From Azolla caroliniana (lineage: Eukaryota > Plantae > Polypodiophyta), in assembly GCA_043228905.1 (NCBI GenBank), contig JBHGNT010000016.1, positions 17,980,001-18,044,000 of the forward strand: a DNA stretch of 64,000 bases, written 5' to 3'. Every line of letters begins with the position of its first letter. The stretch's first letter is position 1. Both the position numbers and the translations under genes were made by a program. Below the pieces are notes generated by a model. The model worked only from the letters and a program-made list of their open reading frames with translations. It was not told the DNA's origin and searched no databases. Positions 1-10,147 of the stretch are shown piece after piece.

Positions 1-336
1 CAATTGAACCTTATATTTTACAAGTTTATAATCACCTTGTTTCAACTTCAATACCCACTTAATTTTCAAGACTTTTTTTTCCAAAGAAAAACTCCTTCCA
101 TTAGTTATAAAATTCTACAAATGAGGGTGTTATATACAAATCCCTATAGGGACTCGATAGTTCCATCTTATGTGAATGCCCACTGACTCAAGAAAGGGAG
201 AGGATGACCATTGTTGAATGAAGGCTAGTCATTGTCTTTCAACTCCATCGGAGCTGCTCTTGAGGCCATCGTATTAGCTCTTTAGAGTGGCTACAACCTG
301 ACTCCATATCTCTTGCATTAACATTACTGGATGCGA

Positions 337-1096
337 TGTCGTGCCTTTCAGCGCCAGATTGTTGCATGAGTCGGGTGGGAACTGCCTAGGTTTTGGACTA
401 GGAGGAGGAGAAGTTTAAGGGTAATAAGAATATGAAAGAGAAAGGTAGCAATCTCGTGAATTTCACGAGTATAGTGAATTAGAATAATTAGTATTAAGAA
501 TCCAAGAAATCAATCCAAACTTTTCAATAAATTGGAGGAGAGATAGAAGAAAATCATGAAACACCCGTATATAATGTATTCAATCAATATTTAGAAACCC
601 AAAAAATCAACAACCATTACAATTTGCTCCCCCACCCTTATATGGTAATGGGAGAGACTAAGTATATCTTACTACATGCAAACATGATGCTTTTTCTCTT
701 ACTCGAGTGTTCATGCACAATTGATGTCTTAGCTTTTTCTATGATACTTTTTTTCTTTTAACTCAAGTGTTCATGCACACTAGATGTGCATGAATAACTT
801 TCTTTATTATGCTTTTTCTTTTAACTCGAGTAATTATGCATGAATAACTTTTATTTCATGTTTATCTAGAATATTTACGTGGGATGAACTTTTGTATAAT
901 TAGAATCTATAACTTTAACATTCATAATGTGTTAGTTCAATGGTAAGGCTTGGAATTGTTAACATGGAGGTACAAGGTTTAAATCTTGCCCTATGCATGT
1001 AACATAGTTATTTTAGTATTCTCTCCTATTTCTTTATACTTAGTCAATCAGGTACTCTACACATATTTTATGTACTGTACAAAGCACACTATGACA
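337..1096 (-). repeat. G0 3' LTR
   Basis: TGTCGT...ATGACA termini. Roughly 90% similar by eye to 37325-37863. Rejoins a PPT when copia A is removed. Confidence 0.8.
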
Positions 1097-1621
1097 CTGA
1101 GAGGAATAGGGCTCGGCCACAATCGAGCCTTACTCACTGGATGGAAGAAAACAGAAAATAGAAATAAGACATACACAAGATGTTAACGTGGAAAACCCTA
1201 ATAGGGAAAAACCACGGGAGCCCACAAACTCCAACTATCACTATGAGAGGAATGATACAATGCGAGACTCAGAAGCAACGACCTCGAGCTCTATGTCTTC
1301 GCAAATCGGCGATTACAAAAAAAAAGAAGCTTTCTGTTTATATCTCGCTCTCTCTATACACCAAAATGATAACAACCAACGACTACATCAAAGTGATTGC
1401 CCTAAGTCATATTTATATTTATATGATTTTAGGACTATTTACAAATATGGCCATGACAGGCACACTAGAAACATATTTACAGATATGTCCCTAGGTCCGG
1501 TTCATATTGGATCCATCCGAATACCTTCCGGATCCGTCCGGTCCGGTTCCTTTCTTTGGCTCGTCCAATCCGTCGCATCCTAATCCCATCCGGAGGGACC
1601 GAATTCCCAACAAGCTCCCCT

Positions 1622-3285
1622 TCACTTCGGCATGGGATGTCTTGTCAAACCGATCCGTCTCCTACACACATTCACCTTGTCGACTGGCAGCAGCTTGGTC
1701 AACATCTTCGATCCGTTCTCCTCCGTATGGATCTTTGTTAGTAAGAACTCTTTATCTTCTACCTTTTCTTGGAGCCAATGATATCTCCTCTGGATGTGCT
1801 TGCTCCGTGAGTGGTAGGCCGCGTTCTTTGCGAGGTGGATGACACTTTGATTGTCGCAGTAGAGCCGGAATTCCTCCTGCGGGATCCCTAAATCTCTGAT
1901 GAAGTCCTTCATCTAGATTACCTCTTTGCCGGCTTCCATGACTGCCATATACTCCGCTTCCGTTGTCGACAATGCAGCGGACTTCTGCAGCCTAGATTGC
2001 CACGATACAACTCCCCCTACATAAGTCATGACATATCCGGATGTAGACCGTTGGTATCCACGTCAATCGACATATCCGAATCCGTGAATCCTTCAAGTTT
2101 GGGTTTATTCGAGCCAAATCAGAGGCACATACTCGAGGTTCCTTTCAAGTACTAGAGTATCCACTTGACCACAGTCCAATGTTCTCTTCCCGGATTGCTC
2201 ATGAACCAGTTGATCACTCCGACTGCATATTCGATATACGGCTTGGTACACACCATTGCGTACATCAAGCTTCTGACGACAAAGGCATATGGTATCTTCA
2301 TCATCTTCGACTTCTCTGCCTTTGTCTTTGGGCTTTGCTTTAAGGATAGTTTGCATTTTTCCGGAAGTGTTGACCCAACCGGCTTAGCATCCAACATGCT
2401 GAATCGTTGGAGCACCTACAACACGTACTTTTCTTGTGATAACCACAATAGCTTCTTCGTCCGGTTCCAGACTATGTGCATCCCCAATATCTATCTCGCC
2501 GTACCCAGATCTTTCTTTGAGAAGGTCTAGTTCAAGGCCTTATTCAGATTCTCGATTTTGATTCAGTCCGGTCCGATGATCTGCATGTCATCCACATACA
2601 GTAGGAGTATCAGGAAGCCGCCTCCGTCAAATTTCTTCACGAACACACAATGGTCGGCCTGCGTTTTGTGGTATCCTTGTTTGGTCATGAAGGAGTCGAA
2701 CTTCCATTACCATTGCCGGGGAGCTTGCTTCAGTTCGTATAAGCTCTTCTTCAAGCGGTACACCAAGCGCTCCTTCCTTTTCTTGACAAATCCCTCCGGT
2801 TATTGCATGTAGATCTCTTCTTCGAGGTCGCCATGTAGGAACGCCGTCTTGACGTCTAGTTGCTCTACCTCGAGGTCCATGCTTGCCGCAATGTTCAACA
2901 CAATCCGGATGGATGTCATCTATCCACTCCCTTTTTCTACTGGAAGTCCTTCACCACTATCCAGGCTTTGTATCTTGGTGGATTTCCGGTGTCTCCCAGT
3001 TTCAGCTTGTACACCCACTTGTTCCGGAGCACTCTCTTTCCCTTCTGCAGCTCCGTCAATTCATATGTGTGGTTCTCATGCAGGGAATCCATCTCATCCT
3101 GCATAACACTTAACCACTTGTGGCTGTGGATGTCTTTCTTTGCTTCCTCGAAGCTTTCCGGCTCCCCCTCGTCGGTCAGCAACACATGCTCTACATCTGG
3201 AAATCTTCGGGGGGCTCTTCTCTCCCCGAGAGGATACCTTCTCCTCCCTTGGTTCTCGACCACCGATTCCTGCGACACGTGGCAC
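1622..3285 (-). pseudogene. Copia A RT-RNase H pseudogene
   Basis: Fragmented ORFs 1622-1912, 2152-2415 and 2937-3278 with frameshifts; the integrase core is deleted. Confidence 0.9.
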
Positions 3286-3707
3286 TGTCAAGAATAGTAC
3301 TAAAACAGAGAGAGAATTAGTACTGGAGAAGGGAAGTACTATTAGTACTAAGAGGAAGGGACTGCGTACGACTCCCGAGAGAGGGAGAGAGAAGAGGAGA
3401 GAGAGAGAGATAATGATAACAAATGATATATTATATGAAGAGTAAGTACAAAATGGCTATGAGGCTTAAGACTGGCGTTGAACCAATTTGGTTCAACATA
3501 ATGCCTTGGGCCTCCTTTTATAGTGTTCTCAGGAGGAGTCTTGAAGCTTCTAGAATGTTCCAGAGAAATCTAGAGTATACATTAATTTCCTATAATAAAA
3601 CTTAAATGAAAATAATATTTTATGTATTACAATAGATGGTATAATGGTCAAGAGCTCGACCCATATAACATAAGGTCATGGGTTCGATACCCATGAGTCT
3701 TGCCATA

Positions 3708-4433
3708 TCATGACACTATCACCCCCTTAAAACGACGAGTGTAACGAGTCGGCACTGATTGAGGACCGGGTTTGTCCGGATACTGTTGATGGAAATCAGC
3801 AAGAAGATCTTGAGCATTGGTGACATGCTCGTCGGGTTCCCAAGTACGTTCGCTCAGACTAAAGCTAAGCCAATCGACCAAATAATAAAGTTTATTGAGG
3901 ACGACAACAACTTCATACTCCTGGCCAGCGTCTAACTCAAGCGGGGGCGGCGGTGGTGTAACACGATCGAGAATAGTGTTTGCTTTATAAGGTTCAAGAA
4001 GAGAACTATGGAAGACCGGATGTATCTGAAGATGCGAAGAAAGATCAAGGCGGAATGTGACATCATTAACCTTACCGGTAATACGGAAAGGACCGAGTCG
4101 TCGATAATCCAACTTGTCGCACGGTCAAGTAGTCTTGATGTGACGACGTAAGAGCCATCCTCGATCTCCGATGGCAAAAGAGGAGGGAAACCGATGATGA
4201 TCCACATAAGTCTTCTGTGTGTGTTGACCATGACGAAGATGAGTAGAGAGATCCATCTGGATCTTGCGTAGCCTCTACAAATGATCCTTGGCACAAGGAT
4301 TGGTAGGTAGCTCCGGGGTGTCCATCACAAACTAGCGAGGATGAGAACTAGTATAAGCGTAAAATGGGGAGACCTGAGTCGAGGAGTGAATAACGTTATT
4401 ATAAGCAAACTCCGCAAAGTGGAGAATATTAAC
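3708..4433 (-). pseudogene. T0 integrase C-terminus and chromodomain remnant
   Basis: ORF 3708-4112 (RLGPF, HPVFH, EYEV, YYLVDWL, ERTWEP), homologous to the end of T1 pol. Confidence 0.88.
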
Positions 4434-4537
4434 TGTCATGAACAGTACTGAGACAGAGAAGGAATTAGTACTAAACGAAGGATTAGTACTATGAGAGGTG
4501 TGGAACTTCTTCGAGAGAAGGAAGAAGTGAGCGAGAC

Positions 4538-4588
<51 letters not shown>

Positions 4589-4883
4589 TGATAAGAAAGA
4601 TATTTATTACATGAAGAGAATATACAACGGTGGCTAAAAGGCTTAAGACTGGCGTTGAACCAATTTGGTTCAACATAATGCCTAATGCCCTCTTTTATAG
4701 TGTTTTCAGGAGTAATCCTGAAGCTTCTAGAATGTTCCAGAGAATTCTGGAATATACACTAATTTCCTATAATAAAATGTAAATGAAAATAATATCCTAC
4801 GTATTACAATAGATGGTCTAATGGTCAAGAGCTCGACCCATATAACCTAAGGTCATGGGTTCGAGTCTTGCCATATCATGACA
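4434..4883 (-). repeat. T1 3' LTR
   Basis: TGTCATG...CATGACA termini; contains (GA)n. Confidence 0.97.
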
Positions 4884-7800
4884 CTATCCCCCCCTTAAAA
4901 CGACGAGTGTCACGAGTCGTCTTGGATTGAGGACCCGGTTTGTGTGGATATTGACGATGGAAGTTTTCAAGAAGAGCACGAGCATTGGTTACATTCTCGA
5001 TCGGTTCCCAAGTACGTTCGCTGGGACTATAGCCTAGCCAATCGACTAGATAGTAGAGCTTGTTGCGAACAATCTTGGAATCAAGAATGGCGGCAACCTC
5101 GTACTCCGGCCCATCTTCAAGCTCGATCGGGGGTGGAGGTTGGATAAGACGTTCTGGGATGGTGCTCTCGTGGTAGGGTTCGAAGAGAGAACTATGAAAC
5201 ACCGGATGTATCCGAAGTTGAGGAGGTAGATCGAGACGAAAAGCAACATCATTAATCTTTCCAATAATACGGAAAGGACCTAATCGCCGATAATCCAACT
5301 TCTCACATGGGCGAGTAGTCTTGATGTGTCGTCGTAGCAACCACACCCGATCTCCAATATTAAAACTAGATGGAAGTCGATGGCGATCCGCGTAGACCTT
5401 GTGTGTTTGTTGAGCTTGCTGGAGATGAGTAAATAAATCCGCTTGTATCTTGCGTAACCGCTCCAAACGATCCTCCGCGCACGGATTTGTGGACACCTCT
5501 AGGGTTTCAAGTACACTCCACCGGGGGTGACATCCCGTATAAGCATAAAATGGCGTAACTTTAGTGGATGCGTGGATAGAGTTGTTATAGGCAAATTCGG
5601 CGAAGTGGAGAATATCTGCCCAGTCGTCCTGATGATAGCTGAGAAAGCACCGCAGATACTGCTCCAACGTTTGATTTGTTCGTTCAGCTTGGCCGTCAGT
5701 TTGTGGGTGGTAGCCGGAAGAGAGGTTACAAGTGACCTTGAGCATGTTAAAAAGGTGCTTCCAGAATTTTGACACGAACTGGGGTCCACGGTCGCTGATG
5801 ATACTATCGGGGAGTCCATGATGCCGACATACTTCACGCATGACAATTTCGGCAGTGTCTTCACTGGAGATCTCCTTAGTACATGGCAAGAAATGAGCCA
5901 TCTTCGTATATCGATCGACCACCGTTAGAATCGCATTGAACCCCTTAGAGGCTGGAAGATCTGTGATGAAGTCTAGAGCAATGGATTGCCACGGCTTGCT
6001 TGGAATTGATAATGGTTCTAATAAACCATATGGATGATGCCTTGGCATTTTCGCTCTGCAACATGTATCACAAGTCCGAACAAAATCCTCGACAAATTGT
6101 CGCATACAGGGCCACCAGAATGATCGTTGTACTAAATGTAATGTTTTAGTACTACCAAAATGCCCAGCTGTATATGTGTCATGACAGTTTTGTACTACTC
6201 GAAGGCGGCAAGAAACATTAGGAACATACAAAAGTTCTTTAAAGAAGAGTAATCCATCATGGTATTTGAATTGCCGATAGTCCGTACCTGGTGGTTGCGA
6301 CTGTGAACACGACGCTCGAGAGGGATCAATTTGTCCTAGTATAGCTTGGGCGAACGCATCTGTCTTCAAGTCTTCACGTATGGTATCGATAACGCGGGAA
6401 TCCATAGGCATGTCAAAGATTTGTGTTGCTTGTAATCGTGCCGGTCCCAAGATGACTTGTTTTTGGTTATCGAAAGCTGGCTCGCCGGGACGGGGTGCTA
6501 GATACGAACGCCGTGATAATGCATCTGCCTTCCCTTGGTGCCTCCCCGGACGATATGTAATTTTGAAGTCGAAACGCGTGAGGAAGTGGGCCCACCGAGC
6601 TTGACGTCGATTCAACACACGAGCATCCTGAAAGTAGGCAAGATTCTTGTGGTCACTAAATACGGTGACTGGATGAGAGGATCCCTCCAGAAAATGCCTC
6701 CATTGCATAAAAGAATCCACTATTGCCAATAGCTCCTTATCATGGATTTCGTAGTTGATTTCGGCGGCATCAAACTTGCGTGAGTGAAAAGCCACAGGAT
6801 GTAGCTTTTCATCATTCCCTTGTTGTGACAGAATGCTCCCCAATGCAAAATCCGATGCGTCAGCTTCGATAATGAATGGTTTCTCCGGATCAACATGAGC
6901 TAGAATTGGAGCCGATGTAAATGCTTTTTTAAGACTCTCGAAAGCCATGTCCGTTTCTTCAGACCAGATGAACGGTTGTCCCTTCCTGGTAAGTTGTGTG
7001 AGAGGTAGAACGATCTTTGAGTAATCCTGTATGAACTTCCGGTAAAAATTGGCAAAGCCTAAGAAGCATTGCACATCCCGTACCGAACGCGGAGTCTGCC
7101 ATTCTACCACCGTTCTGACCTTAGCTGGGTCCATGGAGATGCCGTCTGACGAAATGATGTAGCCGAGAAATTCCACTTGGTTGCACCCGAAACTACATTT
7201 TTCTAGCTTTGCATACAGACCATGTTCTCGAAGTCGTTTTAGTACTAATAGTACATGAGAATCATGTTCTTCTTGGGTCTTTGAATAAACCAGTAGATCA
7301 TCCAAATAGATGATCAAACAATCATCCAATAGATCTCGGAATATATCATTAGCCATGTGCTGGAAGACTGCCGGCGCATTAGTGAGGCCGAACGGCATGA
7401 CAGTATACTCGAAGTGCCCATATCTGGTGCGAAACGCGGTCTTCCATTCGTCTCCCGGTCGGATCCGTACGAGGTTATATGCTCCCCGTAAGTCGATCTT
7501 CGTGAAGAACCTGGCACCATTGATCCGTTCTAAAAGACTTGAGATAAGGGGAAGAGCATACCTATTCCTGATTGTAACCTTATTCAAGCCACGGTAATCT
7601 ACAACGAGACGAAGCGATCCATCTTTTTTCTTGACGAAGAAAATGGGCGCACCGGCTGGAGATTTCGAATGCCGAATGAAACCATTTTCCAAATTCTCCT
7701 CTATATAGGCCCGAAGGACTTCCAGCTCGGTTGGTGACAAATTGTAGATCGGTCCCCATGGCGGCTCTTTTCCCGGTTGTAAATCGATGGGGCAATCGTA

Positions 7801-8465
7801 CGGTCGATGATGAGGAAGAGTGTTGGCTTGTACTTTATCGAACACATCGGTGTAATGGCGATACTTCTCGGGAAGTTGAACGGTGGATTCTTCTTTAGTG
7901 GTGTTGGAGGGGTTTACTGATATTGCAAAGAGGAACATTTCCTCCTTGTGCCCTTCTTTACGCAACTGACGTAGCGAAATGGTTGCCATCTTCTGAGTTG
8001 ACCCTTGGGTTTGTCGACACCGGATTTCTCTTGTTCTCCAATCTATGTCAGGGTTATGTAACTCGAACCACGGTAGTCCTAAAACTATAGGATGTTCTGG
8101 GATACTAATAATATTAAATGATACTACACATACTAAGTTATCTAGGACAATATTAATGGGCTCTGACTCTTCTAGGATATTTCCGGAAGCAATGGGACGT
8201 CCATCAATGACTACTACAGAGGCTGGACACTAGAGTTTTCTTAGGGATATCTTATGAGCTTGAGCAAATTTCTTATCCATAAAGCAAGAGTTAGCTCCGG
8301 AATCTAGGAGTGCTAGGACATGTACTGGAGGGGTACTTTTAGTACTAACTATTACTTGGGCTACGAACACATCACTAACTTGCTTAGAGGGAATGGAACC
8401 ACTAATGGGCTGCACAGATCTAGGGCTGTCCAACCAAACGGCTCCTATTTTGGCTGGACTTAGTC
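4876..8465 (-). CDS. pol: T1 Pol (PR-RT-RNase H-integrase-chromodomain) with one in-frame TAG at 8230-8232
   Basis: Motifs DSGA, YLDD, DASD, HHCC/DDE and chromodomain EYEVAAIL..YYLVDWLGY..TWEP. ORFs 8230-8433 and 4876-7989 share a frame. Confidence 0.93.
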
Positions 8466-8472
8466 GTTTAAC
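8420..8472 (-). promoter_or_regulatory. Predicted -1 ribosomal frameshift signal (G_UUA_AAC plus pseudoknot)
   Basis: pol is in the -1 frame relative to gag. Heptamer at 8472-8466, 6-nt spacer, 11-bp stem, and a loop complementary to downstream AGCCCTAG. Confidence 0.8.
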
Positions 8473-9611
8473 TCTTCTTCTAACTGACTAAGGACATCAA
8501 ATTTGTTTGCTAGATCTGGGATATTAGTACTATTAGGACTATCAGATATTCCTACTGAAATAGGCTCGGATTTAGTACAATTAGAACTAGCGACTATTTG
8601 GTTTACCTGTCTTCTTGGCCTATGGGGGCAATTTATTGCGATATGTCCTGGTCCACCGCAGTAAAGACATAGTCGATTTGTACGGCGTCGCTGCTTTTCT
8701 TCTTCGGATAATGGCCCTCGACGACGTGTAGTGTCAATCTCCATCGGAGTCGGAGTATTCGCTGGAGACGCATTATATGACTCCCTCGGAAAAGGTCTTG
8801 CTACCACTGAGGCGTAGGTGGGCTCTGATCTTGCCCTCGGCATCTGTAGCTGTCGTTCCGAACGTCGCTCAAAGAGGCAGTTGTCACATCTCACCGCGCG
8901 ACTGATTGCTTCTGTTAAGGACTTTGGCTCTTCGGGGAAGGTCAAGAGTAAATCCTTGACGTCGTTGCGTAAACCATAACGGAATTGCTCCATCAACGCT
9001 TGATCATCCCAAGGGATATCGGCGGCGAGTAGGCGAAAATCTGCAGCGTATGCGGAGGCTGGACGGTCACCTTGGCGTAATCGCCGGATTTTGTTGATTG
9101 CGGTCCTGATGCTGTCAGTATCTCCGAAACATGCTTTAAACTCACCTAGAAACTCTTCAAAATTGTTGAGTAACGGAGATTCCTTTTCTAATAGTGGAGC
9201 GAACCATGACAACGCTGAGCCACTTAACAATGTGCCTACTAAACCCACTCGTGATGCATCGGTGGGATATCGAGAAGGATGCATTTGAATAACTAATCGT
9301 ACCTGGTTAAGGAACCCTCTAAACTGCGATCGCGTTCCATCGAACTTCGTGGGAAGGCCAATCTTAGGTTCTTTATGAATCCCTTGTGTTCCGGGCCCAT
9401 GTTGTTGCATCACTACGATGGTGGCTTCGAGTTGTTGCACGCGTAACGCAAGTTCCCCATGTTGTTGTTGCGTTTGCTGCTTTTCTAAGGAGATTTGCTG
9501 AAGATCCCCCAGCAACCGTTGGTTTTCTTGTTCCAAAGCATGGAACTTCTCCTTCAAGCATTGGAATTCCGAGAAAACAGATTGATATTCTTCAGCGCTA
9601 ACAGTGGCCAT
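8460..9611 (-). CDS. gag: T1 Gag (coiled coil, capsid-like region, CCHC zinc knuckle), 383 aa
   Basis: Intact ORF with KEPKIGLPTKFDG and CLYCGGPGHIAINC. Confidence 0.95.
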   Translation of the reverse strand: MATVSAEEYQSVFSEFQCLKEKFHALEQENQRLLGDLQQISLEKQQTQQQHGELALRVQQLEATIVVMQQHGPGTQGIHKEPKIGLPTKFDGTRSQFRGFLNQVRLVIQMHPSRYPTDASRVGLVGTLLSGSALSWFAPLLEKESPLLNNFEEFLGEFKACFGDTDSIRTAINKIRRLRQGDRPASAYAADFRLLAADIPWDDQALMEQFRYGLRNDVKDLLLTFPEEPKSLTEAISRAVRCDNCLFERRSERQLQMPRARSEPTYASVVARPFPRESYNASPANTPTPMEIDTTRRRGPLSEEEKQRRRTNRLCLYCGGPGHIAINCPHRPRRQVNQIVASSNCTKSEPISVGISDSPNSTNIPDLANKFDVLSQLEEELND

Positions 9612-9671
9612 GGGATGAAAGAAAAGAGGAATAAAAGATTAGTAGGAAATGAGAGAGACAGAAGGTAGGGG

Positions 9672-9682
9672 AATTGGTTCAA
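9672..9682 (-). promoter_or_regulatory. Self-priming-type primer binding site of T1
   Basis: TTGAACCAATT lies 2 nt after the 5' LTR, does not start with TGG, and is complementary to LTR sequence 9929-9919. Confidence 0.8.
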
Positions 9683-9684
9683 AC

Positions 9685-9788
9685 TGTCATGAACAGTACT
9701 GAGACAGAGAAGGAATTAGTACTAAACGAAGGATTAGTACTATGAGAGGTGTGGAACTTCTTCGAGAGAAGGAAGAAGTGAGCGAGAC

Positions 9789-9852
<64 letters not shown>

Positions 9853-10147
9853 TGATAAGAAAGATATTTATTACATGAAGAGAATATACAACGGTGGCTA
9901 AAAGGCTTAAGACTGGCGTTGAACCAATTTGGTTCAACATAATGCCTAATGCCCTCTTTTATAGTGTTTTCAGGAGTAATCCTGAAGCTTCTAGAATGTT
10001 CCAGAGAATTCTGGAATATACACTAATTTCCTATAATAAAATGTAAATGAAAATAATATCCTACGTATTACAATAGATGGTCTAATGGTCAAGAGCTCGA
10101 CCCATATAACCTAAGGTCATGGGTTCGAGTCTTGCCATATCATGACA
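9685..10147 (-). repeat. T1 5' LTR
   Basis: Matches 4434-4883. TATAAAA at 9963-9957 and a palindrome at 9918-9938. Confidence 0.97.

Larger units (their letters stand above)
4434..10147 (-). mobile_element. T1: young full-length Tcn1/sushi-like gypsy chromovirus nested in T0
   Basis: LTRs at 4434-4883 and 9685-10147 look identical except in the (GA)n tract. Perfect TSD TTAAC. PPT next to the 3' LTR. gag and pol ORFs present. Confidence 0.97.

Noticed and set aside
4805-4880. Functional tRNA genes in LTRs
   Set aside because: Acceptor and anticodon stems do not pair; only the A/B boxes and tRNA spacing remain. The perfect T-stem at about 3677-3695 is a private insertion in one LTR.
8230-8232. 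Programmed stop-codon readthrough
   Set aside because: The stop lies mid-protease, T0 has a sense codon there, and gag-pol is already explained by the -1 signal.
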